DNA of 64,000 nucleotides from an uncultured bacterium (GTDB taxonomy: Bacteria > Acidobacteriota > HRBIN11 > JAKEFK01): assembly GCA_963771165.1 (NCBI GenBank), contig CAVYSN010000022.1, positions 40,305 to 104,304 on the forward strand, written 5' to 3'. Position 1 is the stretch's first letter; the number at the start of each line of letters is the position of its first letter. The notes beneath the pieces were generated by a model. That model ran no database searches, was not told the DNA's origin, and saw nothing but the letters and a program-made list of their open reading frames with translations. The position numbers were made by a program, and so were the translations under genes. Positions 30,249-40,548 of this stretch are shown here, piece by piece.

Positions 30249-31757
30249 GTGACCGGGACTTATTTTTGTCGAGCCGCTCTGCTTGCGCTTTTAGGAATCA
30301 CCCTTTTTTATTTCGCAGAGACTTTGAGGGCTGATTGGGTACGGCTGACGAGCCACTATATTTTCAGCGGTGTTGAGCCGCAACCGGTGTACGGTTCGAT
30401 GCGAGTGGTTTCCGGGGTTCCGCTTTACGAAAATTACTTAACTCATACTCCGCATGTACCTCTTGCGTACGGCCCGCTTTGTTACTGGATTCCCGGATGG
30501 ATCGCAAGAGTAATGGGCCAGACGAATGCGTTGGATGTCCTCCGGCTGGGGCGATTCTTCACTCTGATCTGTATGGTGGGCGCCTTTATTACAATCGCTC
30601 TTCTTTCGCAGCGGCCGCGAACCGCAAAAGCAATTGTTCTTGCGGCGCCACTCTCTCTAGTTTGGTTCCCTTACATCACCGAATGGAATGTAAGATTTTC
30701 GCCTGACGCACCGGCTCTGTTTTGCAGCCTGGCCGGTTGGATTTTTGCCAGGCGGGGAGCCCTGCAGACAAGCAGAAGGGCTTATACATGGATGATCGGG
30801 GCCGGAATTCTCTGGTCGTTGGGTTTCTTCTTTAAGCCGACAATTCTAGCGGGACAGATCGCTTTTCTCGTTGAACTTTTTGCGGGGAAGAGACGCTTCG
30901 GTGATCGATTGCGAACTTCGCTACTCTCACTTGGAACCTATGGTGTCGTTTCGATCTCAGTTGCATTGATCTTAAACTGGCATACAGCGGGGTTATGGCG
31001 CATGAATCAAATCGACGCAAACACCGTCAGCAGCACATCGATCTCATTCATTCGAGAAAGTCTTTTGAATTTTCGAGGCACGGGAATGCTTTCTCTCGCG
31101 GCACTGGTTTTGTTTGCTGCATTTCATTGGAAGCGAGAACCACTCTTTATCGCATTTTTTCTTAGCCTCGGTTTCGACCTTACGCTGATGACCAAACAGG
31201 GAAGCAACGTGAACTACTTGATAGGAAGTCTCGCAATCTGGGCAGTTGGCACATCCGGAATTTTGCAAAAGGCATGGGCGTTGGATGGTGACGATGGCGT
31301 GTTACGTCCGCGGTTCGTCACGCCGTGGGCAGCGCTTCTAACTATTCTGCTTCTCCTGGGATCGAATCGTGCAGGCGTGATTGCGAGAGAGGTTCGAGTC
31401 CCGTCGAGGCAGGAAATCGAGAAAATTGATCAAGCCGTGACATCCTTTCCCGCAAATCGAGTGCTCGGTCTCGAGCCCTTTTACGGCATGCTTCGTGGTT
31501 TACCGATTCTATATTCGGACGGTTATCACGCCGCGCTGCTATCATCAGCCGGACGAATCAGTTTGACAGCAGAAGCGGAACGGATCCGGAGGGGCGATTA
31601 TCACGCCATTGTCGCTAACCGCTTGTTGATATCGAAGGTTCGTTGGCATGGGGCGCCCTTTGTCGATCAAGAACTGCGTGAAGCGATCGAAACAAATTAC
31701 GAGCCGGCGTTATCGGGGAGCTGGCTCGTGTTGTGGCTTCCGAAGTCGCGCATGTAA
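30249..31757 (+). CDS. Polytopic membrane protein, GT-C/ArnT-like
   Basis: YGPL loop, R..PD motif, FFKP, G.NVNY; many TM segments. Confidence 0.6.
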   Translation: MTGTYFCRAALLALLGITLFYFAETLRADWVRLTSHYIFSGVEPQPVYGSMRVVSGVPLYENYLTHTPHVPLAYGPLCYWIPGWIARVMGQTNALDVLRLGRFFTLICMVGAFITIALLSQRPRTAKAIVLAAPLSLVWFPYITEWNVRFSPDAPALFCSLAGWIFARRGALQTSRRAYTWMIGAGILWSLGFFFKPTILAGQIAFLVELFAGKRRFGDRLRTSLLSLGTYGVVSISVALILNWHTAGLWRMNQIDANTVSSTSISFIRESLLNFRGTGMLSLAALVLFAAFHWKREPLFIAFFLSLGFDLTLMTKQGSNVNYLIGSLAIWAVGTSGILQKAWALDGDDGVLRPRFVTPWAALLTILLLLGSNRAGVIAREVRVPSRQEIEKIDQAVTSFPANRVLGLEPFYGMLRGLPILYSDGYHAALLSSAGRISLTAEAERIRRGDYHAIVANRLLISKVRWHGAPFVDQELREAIETNYEPALSGSWLVLWLPKSRM

Positions 31758-31775
31758 ACCCTCGGGTTGCATGCG

Positions 31776-32117
31776 TTAAAAACTGAAATGCACATCTTCC
31801 TCATCGGGAAGATCCATGAATTCCAACACGGAATGTCCGACCCGTTCTTGAAATTGTTCAGAAAAAGATTTGTACATTCCGAAATTCTCATCAAGCGTCA
31901 CTTTTTCAACGCGCATCATGGGCAGAAACATAGTGCTGAGACTCATGCTTTCCGTACTATTTGCAACAGAACGGATCCAGTCCTGAAAGGAGTTGATGTC
32001 GATTCCGCGAAGAGTGATGCCGAAGCTGTTGATCGAAAGCAGAACACCCCAGATTTTCTCGCGAGGATTCTGAAGACTCAGAATGACAGCCGATCTGGTT
32101 GTTAGGTTCTTAGGCAC
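31776..32117 (-). CDS. Conserved hypothetical small protein
   Basis: [10 protein letters not shown]....[12 protein letters not shown]...F.PM.RVE; GTG start overlapping thiolase stop. Confidence 0.7.
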   Translation of the reverse strand: MPKNLTTRSAVILSLQNPREKIWGVLLSINSFGITLRGIDINSFQDWIRSVANSTESMSLSTMFLPMMRVEKVTLDENFGMYKSFSEQFQERVGHSVLEFMDLPDEEDVHFSF

Positions 32118-33291
32118 GTTCCACCACCGCAGCGATCCCCTGCCCCCCACCGATGCACAAACCTGCGACACCCAGGTTGTAATTGTGATCTTCCATTGCA
32201 TGCAGCAAGGTGACCAGCACTCTTGCTCCGCTTGCTCCGATGGGATGGCCCAATGCGATCGCTCCTCCGCGTATATTGACTCGTTCCGGATCAATTTTCA
32301 ACTCCGACAGAACAGCCAGAGATTGAACGGCAAACGCTTCATTCAATTCAAACAGATCGATATCAGAGATTTTCAGGTTTGCCTTTTTCAATGCTTTCTG
32401 CACTGCATGGATCGGACCAAGCCCCATCACGGAAGGCTCCACACCCGCGGATGCATAAGAGCGAAGGTATGCCATCGGCTTGATTCCACGATCCCTGCGC
32501 ATTTGCTTCGGTCATCAGAACAATCGCTGCGGCCCCATCGTTGATGCCGGAAGCATTGCCGGCTGTTACGCTGCCCGATTCCTTGAACGCAGGTTTGAGT
32601 TTTGCAAGCGATTCTGCATTCGTTTCGCCTCGCGGGTATTCATCCGTATCGAACATTTTAGGCTCCCCTTTCTTTTGGGGTATGCGGAACAGGCACAATT
32701 TCACGTTTAAATTTTCCTTCGGCGATGGCCGCAACAGCGCGCCGCTGGCTTAACGCCGCAAATTCATCTTGTGCCGACCTGCGTGATTCCGTACTTCTCC
32801 GCAATATTTTCCGCTGTGATGCCCATGTGTACATCGCACATCGCACAGGATAATCCATCGCTGATCATGGAATCGATCAGTTCGCCATGACCCAGGCGAT
32901 AGCCGTACCGGGCATCCTTCAATAAATAAGGAGCACGGCTCATATTTTCGGTGCCACCCGCTACGATGATTTGTCCATCTCCGCAATGGATCGCCTGCGC
33001 CCCCAGTGTAATCGCTTTCATTCCCGAGCCACAGACTTTGTTGATTGTCGTTGAAGGCACGGTCACAGGAATCTTTGCCTTGATTGCAGCCTGCCGTGCG
33101 GGATTTTGCCCGAGTCCTGCTTGTAAAACATTTCCTATTAAAACTTCATCGACCTCATCAGGACGAACCGTCGATCTGGTCAATGCTTCCTGAATGCAGA
33201 TGGCTGCGAGATCGACGGCAGGTGTTTGAACCAGTGCGCCGCCGAATTTCCCGATCGCCGTTCTGACTGCAGATGTAATTGCGATTCTCAT
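32110..33291 (-). CDS. atoB: Acetyl-CoA C-acetyltransferase (thiolase), split by three +1 frameshifts (~32781, ~32684, ~32497)
   Basis: [24 protein letters not shown] motifs all present; corrected length 392 aa. Confidence 0.92.
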
Positions 33292-33396
33292 ATGCCCTCC
33301 GGGCGTTGAAAGCGTTGAAGATGATAGAATTGGATCAAACTGTTTGTACAAGCACTTTGATCTCTGTCGACACAGTCAACACCTTCTATCTCCTGA

Positions 33397-34059
33397 TTAA
33401 ATCTCGTACTCCTTCAGGTTTTCAGCAACGCGCAATGTTGGTTCTGTTGCCGCCTGGACCTGATCAGCCGTCACACCCGGCGCAACTTCTCTCAACAGCA
33501 AACCTTCTTCGGTAACTTCAATCACGGCAAGATCCGTTACAATCAAGTCGACCACACCCACACCGGTCAACGGAAGATTACATTTCTTCAAAATTTTCTT
33601 TTCGCCGTCTCTCGCCGTGTGCTCCATCGCGATGACCACCTTTTTTGCTCCGGATACAAGATCCATAGCCCCGCCCATTCCCTTTACCATTTTTCCAGGA
33701 ATCATCCAGTTTGCCAGATTCCCTTCTTCATCCACCTGCATCGCGCCAAGAATCGACATGTCCACGTGACTCCCGCGAATCATGGCGAAAGAGTCGGAGC
33801 TTGAAAAATAGCTGGTTCCCGGTTGCTCTGTGATCGTTTCCTTCCCTGCGTTGATCAGATCCGGATCTTCTTTTCCTTCTTCCGGATAGGGACCGATGCC
33901 GAGCATGCCATTTTCCGACTGCAAGACGATATGGATTCCTTCAGGAATATAGTTGCTGACCAGTGTTGGCATCCCGATCCCGAGATTGACATAAAATCCG
34001 TCTTGCAGCTCTTTAGCCACTCTTCGGACGATAAGTTCTCTTTTCGATACGCTTTTCAT
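33397..34059 (-). CDS. scoB: 3-oxoacid CoA-transferase subunit B
   Basis: [12 protein letters not shown] catalytic motif, GMGGAMDL. Confidence 0.95.
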   Translation of the reverse strand: MKSVSKRELIVRRVAKELQDGFYVNLGIGMPTLVSNYIPEGIHIVLQSENGMLGIGPYPEEGKEDPDLINAGKETITEQPGTSYFSSSDSFAMIRGSHVDMSILGAMQVDEEGNLANWMIPGKMVKGMGGAMDLVSGAKKVVIAMEHTARDGEKKILKKCNLPLTGVGVVDLIVTDLAVIEVTEEGLLLREVAPGVTADQVQAATEPTLRVAENLKEYEI

Positions 34060-34714
34060 AATGAACTCCCTGAAAGATTCTTTTTACAAAAATACCCGGT
34101 GTATGGACGTGATCACCATCGATCGAGCCAACAGGAACAAGTTGTTCGACTTCTGCAATTGTGATTCCAGCGGCTGTCGCCATCATCGGATTAAAATTAC
34201 GCGCGGTTTTGCGATAAACGAGATTCCCCATCGCATCCCCTTTCCAGGCTTTGACCAGAGCAAAATCGGCTTTCAGCGCTTTTTCAAGAATGAATTCACG
34301 ACCATCGAAAGCGCGCTTCTCTTTGCCCTTTTCAACAAGTGTTCCGACTCCTGTCGGTGTGAAGAACGCAGCAATGCCGGCGCCTCCTGCTCGAATCCTT
34401 TCTGCAAATGTTCCCTGCGGTACCAGATCCACTTCGATCTCACCATTCAGACATTGCTGCTCAAAAAGTTCATTTTCACCAACATAAGTGGAAATCATTT
34501 TTCTGATCTGCCGGGTCTGAAGCAGTAATCCGAGACCATAATCATTCACGCCCGCATTATTACTGATTACAGTAAGATCCCTGACCCCCTTCTCCCTTAA
34601 CGCAGCAATGAGATTCTCAGGAATTCCACAAAGACCAAAGCCCCCAACCATTAAAGTTGCTCCATCTTTGATGTCGTGGATCGCATCGAGAGCGTTCGCA
34701 ACTGTTTTGTTCAT
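34013..34714 (-). CDS. scoA: 3-oxoacid CoA-transferase subunit A
   Basis: [35 protein letters not shown]. Confidence 0.95.
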   Translation of the reverse strand: MNKTVANALDAIHDIKDGATLMVGGFGLCGIPENLIAALREKGVRDLTVISNNAGVNDYGLGLLLQTRQIRKMISTYVGENELFEQQCLNGEIEVDLVPQGTFAERIRAGGAGIAAFFTPTGVGTLVEKGKEKRAFDGREFILEKALKADFALVKAWKGDAMGNLVYRKTARNFNPMMATAAGITIAEVEQLVPVGSIDGDHVHTPGIFVKRIFQGVHYEKRIEKRTYRPKSG

Positions 34715-34716
34715 GC

Positions 34717-35118
34717 TCACCCCTGTTTTAATTCTATCAACAATCCACCGCAAGATTGCGGATGGAGAAATGCGACAAGCGAACCGCCTTCTCCTTTACG
34801 CGGAGATTCATCGATGAGCCGTACACCTTGAGCTTTCAGCCGATCCAATTCCGCCTGAAGGTCCTCAACCAGAAAACAAAGATGATGGATGGATTCTCCT
34901 TTCTTTTCCAGGAACCGTGCAACTCCGCTATCGGCAACAGTCGGCTCAATCAGTTCAATATGGGTCGTACCATCCGCACTTTCGAGCATTGCCACGCGGA
35001 CAAACATGTGTGGGACCTCTTCAATATTCTTCAAACGAAATTGTAATACGTCCGTGTAGAAGGGTAATCGATCTTCAATTTTTGCAACAACTATAGCAAT
35101 GTGATCGATGTCTCTCAT
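34717..35118 (-). CDS. mce: Methylmalonyl-CoA epimerase
   Basis: IDHIAI, IELIEP, E.IHH.C, FLHP...G.LIEL; next to meaB. Confidence 0.9.
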   Translation of the reverse strand: MRDIDHIAIVVAKIEDRLPFYTDVLQFRLKNIEEVPHMFVRVAMLESADGTTHIELIEPTVADSGVARFLEKKGESIHHLCFLVEDLQAELDRLKAQGVRLIDESPRKGEGGSLVAFLHPQSCGGLLIELKQG

Positions 35119-35156
35119 AAGTTAAAAGTTAAAAATTAAAAGTGTGCGCGCTTCCT

Positions 35157-36117
35157 TTAACCTTTAACCTTTAACTTCTCGAGAAGTTCGCGAACGACTG
35201 TGTACGGGTCGACGCGACGCAATGCGATATCCTCAATCCTTTGCGAGATTCCGAATCGTTCAAATCCCCTGTCAACAATTTGGGTAAGGATTTCCGACTC
35301 CAGTGCATCAATAAGACGTTGGCGATTCTGCAAAAGGATTTTACCCTGAAGTTTTCCGCTTTTTTTCAAATACACACCGTGCTCAGCGATGACGCCGGCA
35401 AGGACATCGATGCCAATATTGTTCGTGGCTTGAGTTTTCAGGATGCGCGGCCGCCAGTCTTCATCCGAAACCGCTTGAAAATAGGATAGCGAATTCTGAA
35501 GTTCCATTTCCATCTTATCCGCATCCGCCCGGTCGGACTTATTGACAACAAGCAAATCAGCGATCTCCATCAGACCTGCTTTCATGGCCTGCACCTCATC
35601 TCCAAGACCAGGCATTAATACTACAACCGTAGTATTTACAAGCTTCACGATGTCGATTTCGTCCTGGCCCGACACCGACCGTTTCCACGAGAATCACGTC
35701 TTTGCCTGAAGCATTCATCAGATCCATGACATCGAACGTGGCGGCAGCGATTCCGCCCAGCTTCCCGCGCGTTGCCATACTGCGGATAAAGACTCCCGGA
35801 TCCGTGTAGTGTTGTTGCATCCGGATCCGGTCTCCGAGAATAGCTCCACCCGTGAATGGACTGCTCGGATCGACTGCAATCACCCCGACGGTCTTTCCCT
35901 GACCCCGATAGATCGAGATCAACCGGTCCACGATGGAGCTTTTTCCCACACCGGCAGGACCGGTAATGCCGATCAAAAGGATATCTCGACCTCTGGTGTA
36001 AACCGATTTCAAAATTTCATAAGCTCGGGGATCTCTGTTCTCTACCAGAGTAATCGCACGAGAAAGAGCCTTTGCATCACCTTTCAGTAACCCTTCAATA
36101 AGATGATCAACAGACAT
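35157..36117 (-). CDS. meaB: Methylmalonyl-CoA mutase-associated GTPase MeaB/ArgK; +1 frameshift at ~35667
   Basis: G.AGVGKS, DPSSP.TGG.ILGDRIRM, ETVGVGQ.E, NKSD; corrected length 319 aa. Confidence 0.92.
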
Positions 36118-36191
36118 AGACTGAATTCTCTGCGGCTTAATTCTACTTTCCTTGCGACTTTGCATTACAGTACGTCAAATCTATATTTTTA

Positions 36192-36336
36192 TGTGTAAAA
36201 AGGGGGATGTGGGGATATTTGAGATGAGGAGATGTTTCCAGTTGTAAATTTAATAAAGCTTATCTCCTGATCCCCATCATCTCCTCGATCCCCCATCTTA
36301 CACTCCCGGCCTTGCGATTTTGCGTCTTTGCGTTAA
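36192..36336. repeat. ~145-bp dispersed hairpin element, copy 2
   Basis: Aligns by eye with 20377-20520. Confidence 0.75.
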
Positions 36337-36340
36337 AGAT

Positions 36341-37480
36341 CTACTTCAGGATTTGCTTCGCAATGGCGATCCTTTGAATCTCGGAGGTGCCTTCCCCGAT
36401 CGTAAGAAGTTTTGCATCTCTGTAGTATTTTTCAGCAAGAAACTCTTTAATGTACCCGTAACCGCCGTGGATTTGAACGCACCGGTCCGCGGCACGGACG
36501 GCAGCTTCACTCGCATAAAGTTTGGCCATGAATGCTTCTTTGGCAAACTTATGCCCGTTTTGACGAAGCCATGCGGCACGATAAGTTAACAAACGTGCCG
36601 CCTCAATTTCAGTGGCCATATCAGCGAGCATCCATTGAATGGCTTGATAATCGGCAATGGGGTGACCGAATTGCCTTCGTTGTTTCGAATACTTTAGAGC
36701 TAATTCCAACGCTCCCTGCGCAAGGCCAACGGATAGGGCGGCGATTGCAATCCGCCCACCTTCCAGAATTTGCATACTTTGCCTAAAACCCATTCCTGCT
36801 TTACCGATCACGTTTTCATCAGGCACTTCGCAGTCTTCGAAATTCAGCGAAGATGTATCGCTTGCGCGATGTCCTAATTTATCTTCCTTTTTGGATGCTC
36901 GAAAGCCGGGCGTGCCCTTCTCTATAATGAATGCAGTAATTCCGTCCTTGGGGTTGCTCCGATCCGTCACCGCCATAACAACAGCGATATCCCCCACGGT
37001 CCCATGCGTAATGAAATTTTTCGTTCCATTCAAAATCCAACCGCCGTTCTTCTTATGCGCAACGGTCTGAAGCCCCTTAGCGTCACTGCCCGCATTCGGT
37101 TCTGTCAAAGCCCACGCGCCGATCTTTTGACCAGAGGCAAGCTGGGTCAGGTATTTTTTCTTTTGCTCTTCATTTCCAAAAAGAAAAATATGATTCGAGC
37201 AGAGTCCGTTGTGCGCCGCCACTCCCAAACCAATGGAAGGATCAACGCGTCCCAGTTCTTCGATGACGCAAGCATAATCCAGATACGTCATTCCGGCGCC
37301 GCCGTATTCGTGGGGGAAGACAACCCCGAGCAGGCCCAGTTGCCCGAGCTTGGTCATGATTTCGAGCGGGAATTCCTGCGTTTCATCAAAGTATCGGACT
37401 TTCGGAGCTATTTCGTTTTCGGCAAACTCCCGCACCATCTGGCGGGTTAATTCCTGATCTTCGCTAAAAGTAAAATCCAC
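36341..37480 (-). CDS. Acyl-CoA dehydrogenase
   Basis: LTEPNAGSD, K.FIT.G, R.QFG, QIHGGYGY, IGEGTSEIQR. Confidence 0.96.
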   Translation of the reverse strand: MDFTFSEDQELTRQMVREFAENEIAPKVRYFDETQEFPLEIMTKLGQLGLLGVVFPHEYGGAGMTYLDYACVIEELGRVDPSIGLGVAAHNGLCSNHIFLFGNEEQKKKYLTQLASGQKIGAWALTEPNAGSDAKGLQTVAHKKNGGWILNGTKNFITHGTVGDIAVVMAVTDRSNPKDGITAFIIEKGTPGFRASKKEDKLGHRASDTSSLNFEDCEVPDENVIGKAGMGFRQSMQILEGGRIAIAALSVGLAQGALELALKYSKQRRQFGHPIADYQAIQWMLADMATEIEAARLLTYRAAWLRQNGHKFAKEAFMAKLYASEAAVRAADRCVQIHGGYGYIKEFLAEKYYRDAKLLTIGEGTSEIQRIAIAKQILK

Positions 37481-37489
37481 AAAACTCCT

Positions 37490-38692
37490 CTACATGACGT
37501 TGATGAACACCGGAATCTTCAACTGCGGTTGGTCCACGTTATCGGTGTTCACAACAATCTCGCCTCTGGTATTGCCTTTCTTGTTTCTGTCCATATCGAG
37601 CAAGCGAACGGTCAATTGATATGTGCCTGGATTAGAACCAGCTGCTTTCTTGTCCACTTTGACGGAGGGCAAAGTGGAACGAAGATCGAGGACATGAAAA
37701 GTCTTACCGTTTGAAATTTGAATGGAAATCTCCTGCGGATCCGGCAGATCTGCAAGTTTCAAAGGTTTAACGGCTGTAGATTGCACCCAGCCGATGCGCT
37801 GAACCGGAACCGATTGAGCCGTACCTTCTTTCTGAAAAGTGATCACCTGCAACCAGCCTTTCGATTCATTAATCACTTTGAGTTTGCGCCCCGCTGCCAC
37901 TTTTTCCACTACTGCCGCGGCCGGATCGGCTGCCTGCATAACATTCACTGACTCGTTTACCAGTACTTCTTCCGGATATCCCTTCAAAACGAAGGAAATA
38001 ATTCTTGGAGTCACCTGTAGCGGTCCTTGAACCATGATGATCACGGGTACGATAACTTCCTTGATCGGACCTTCGACAGGGATTTGGATTTCCGTGGCGT
38101 GCGTCCCGATGATGTCGGACTTTTTGAGATCAACAGTTAATTTTTGTCGTCCGTTTTTGTCCGGCGTTAACTTTGCGGAAATCAATTCGGACCTTACAAC
38201 AGGAGGCAAGAGTTTCACGGAAGGATCCGGCATCAGGAATAAATCCATAGTTTTCAGAGTACCTTTGCTGACCGAAAAACGTATTTGCTCGGTTGGTTGA
38301 ACATCCACCAGTGTCTTTATTGTTGCTTTGATAACCACTTTTGCGTCGGGACGTTTCGGATCATTCGTTTTTATGTCAACCAATTTCTGAACAGGACCTT
38401 TCGAATGCCCAATATCGACGCTTGCGTAAATTTTACCTTCCGAACCGGGAGGTATGACCTTGTCAAATCTGGTCACGGTGCAGCCTCACCCGGGTTTTAC
38501 ATCAAAAATCCGTAGTTCTCCGTTCCCTGTATTCTTGATCACAAAAACGTGTTCAAGAGGTGCACCTGTTCGAACCACAACGCCCGCATCATAGATCTCC
38601 TGATCGATAACCATGCTCGGCTTTCCATCTTGAGCGAAGGAAAGTGTCAGAACGAACAGCAGAACGATGAAAATTGGCAAAACTCGTTTCAT
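37490..38692 (-). CDS. Secreted DUF1573-type (Ig-like) protein, probable selenoprotein (TGA 38486-38488 in KPG-U-GCT)
   Basis: Two ORFs in the same frame joined by one TGA: signal peptide, F.IKNTG...L.I..VKPG*GCT......IPPG.EG.I, TNDP; 400 aa if read through. Confidence 0.85.
38454..38476 (-). promoter_or_regulatory. Candidate SECIS hairpin
   Basis: GTGACC-AGATTTGACAA-GGTCAT stem-loop at +10..+32 after the TGA, G at second loop position. Confidence 0.45.
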
Positions 38693-38793
38693 TTGGGGTT
38701 CAACTCCCGTTGCGAAAAATCACTTCACAATATCATAAAAGGCCGGTGGCCTAAAGTTCAAGGTTGAATGTTCTGGGTTACACTTCTTTACAG

Positions 38794-39576
38794 ATGAACA
38801 AAGACAAATTCAATCTTTATTTGAAAAGCGTTCAAACGCCGAAAGAGGACGCGAAATTTCTCTACCGCCGTTTCAAAAAGGTTTCCGGCCGTCCGCTCCG
38901 AACGCTTCGGGAGGATTTCTGTGGAACGGCGAACCTCATCTGCGAATTCGTACGAATTCATTCGAAGAATCACGGAATTGGGATTGATTCGGACACCCGG
39001 CCGTTGGGCTGGTGCAAGAAAAACAATTTTAAACAAATGAGCCGCGACCAGCAGAGACGGGTTTCACTTCTTCAGGCTGACGTTTTAAAAGCACGAACCG
39101 CCGAGGTCGATATGATCGTTGCTCTCAATTACAGCTATTCGGTTTTTCACACACGCGCTGAAATGCTGCGATACCTGAGAGCTGCCAGGAAAGCTCTCTT
39201 GCCTCGAGGAATCTTTATTCTGGATGTCCATGGAGGCAGCTCCGTCCCCATTGAGGACCAGGAGGTCTGGGATTTAAAGCAGTTTAGCTATGTCTGGGAG
39301 GTTAGTAAGTTCGATCCGATAACACATCGTATCGTTTGCAAAATTCATTTTCTGCTTCCAGATGGGACACGTTTGCAAAATGCTTTTGTCTACGATTGGC
39401 GGCTGTGGACTCTGCCTGAATTGCGAGAATTGTTTGAAACAGCCGGTTTCAGGAATATTCATGTGCTCTGGGAAGGCACTGACACGAGAACAAACATGGG
39501 AAATGGTATTCTGCGCAGGGTCCGAAAAGGCCGTGCGGAGGAAGCATGGTATGCAATGGTGGTCGGCCAGAAATAA
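38794..39576 (+). CDS. Class I SAM-dependent methyltransferase
   Basis: LREDFCGT, ALNYSY, AF.YDWRLWTLPE. Confidence 0.82.
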   Translation: MNKDKFNLYLKSVQTPKEDAKFLYRRFKKVSGRPLRTLREDFCGTANLICEFVRIHSKNHGIGIDSDTRPLGWCKKNNFKQMSRDQQRRVSLLQADVLKARTAEVDMIVALNYSYSVFHTRAEMLRYLRAARKALLPRGIFILDVHGGSSVPIEDQEVWDLKQFSYVWEVSKFDPITHRIVCKIHFLLPDGTRLQNAFVYDWRLWTLPELRELFETAGFRNIHVLWEGTDTRTNMGNGILRRVRKGRAEEAWYAMVVGQK

Positions 39577-39654
39577 AAGAATTTCTTACAGAAGATAGCA
39601 AAGGGAGCAAAGGTTAAATTATTCTTCGCTACCGTGCCTATCTTCTGTGGAAAT

Positions 39655-40398
39655 TCAAGCTTTCTCGTATTTACGGAAATATTTCAAGGTGCGAGCCAGA
39701 TCATCCGGCAAAGGAGCTTCCAGAACCAGCGTTTTCCCTTCGGCCGGTTCGCGGAACGAGAGTCGAAAAGCGTGCAAGGTCAAACGAGACAAAAATGGCT
39801 TTTCTTTGCCTTCCTTTTCCTTATAGTTCTTTTTCAACTGAGATAAGTAAATCGGATTTGCATCTCCATAGACAGGATCAAACAGCAACGGATGGCCGAT
39901 GGCCATTAAATGAACCCTCACTTGATGGGTACGGCCGGTTAATGGATTGACTTCCACCAGAGTACTGTTTTTAAATCTTTCCAGCACTTTGTAAACCGAA
40001 ATACTTTGCTTTCCCTTCGCATTTACAGTCATCGTTCCCGGTTTTTTGGATGATTCTAAAAGGGAAAAGTTGACTATGCCTTCGTCTTTTGACATGACCC
40101 CTTTCACGAGGGCGTAATAGGTTTTGTTGACTTCCCCCTTTTCAAATTGGCGGCTGAGATAGGTTTGAGTTTTTACATTTTTCGCCAGAATCGTTACGCC
40201 GCTAGTATCCTTGTCCAGGCGATGGACCACACGTATATTAGGATGTCCGCCGCCTACCTGCCGGCGTATGTATTCACGAATCATGTCCTGAATGGTTGGG
40301 ATGCTCGGATTCCAGCGGTCGGGAGTCACGAGCAGGCCGGCCGGTTTGTTGACCGCTATAAGATTTTCATCCTCATAGAGGACATCCAGATTCATCAT
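39655..40398 (-). CDS. RluA-family pseudouridine synthase
   Basis: NKPAG, HRLDKDTSG, TGRTHQVRVH, LHA. Confidence 0.95.
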   Translation of the reverse strand: MMNLDVLYEDENLIAVNKPAGLLVTPDRWNPSIPTIQDMIREYIRRQVGGGHPNIRVVHRLDKDTSGVTILAKNVKTQTYLSRQFEKGEVNKTYYALVKGVMSKDEGIVNFSLLESSKKPGTMTVNAKGKQSISVYKVLERFKNSTLVEVNPLTGRTHQVRVHLMAIGHPLLFDPVYGDANPIYLSQLKKNYKEKEGKEKPFLSRLTLHAFRLSFREPAEGKTLVLEAPLPDDLARTLKYFRKYEKA

Positions 40399-40548
40399 GG
40401 ATAAGATCTTATCGGAAATTTAAGAGTTTGTACGAAATTGGCCAACGCATTATCTTATGAATCGTAGTGGCAGTTTGTAACGACCGCGTCTCGCGGGGCG
40501 AGTTCGAGCTTAAGAGCCCGGCGGAGGGCGTTACAAATCCAAATAACT

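Noticed and set aside
32110-33291. Programmed frameshifting or pseudogenisation of the thiolase
   Set aside because: No slippery sites; all catalytic motifs intact; part of a regional cluster of +1 insertions
40400-40548. LexA/SOS box upstream of uvrB
   Set aside because: No recognisable GTTC-N7-GTTC, CTGT-N8-ACAG or GAAC-N4-GTTC motif
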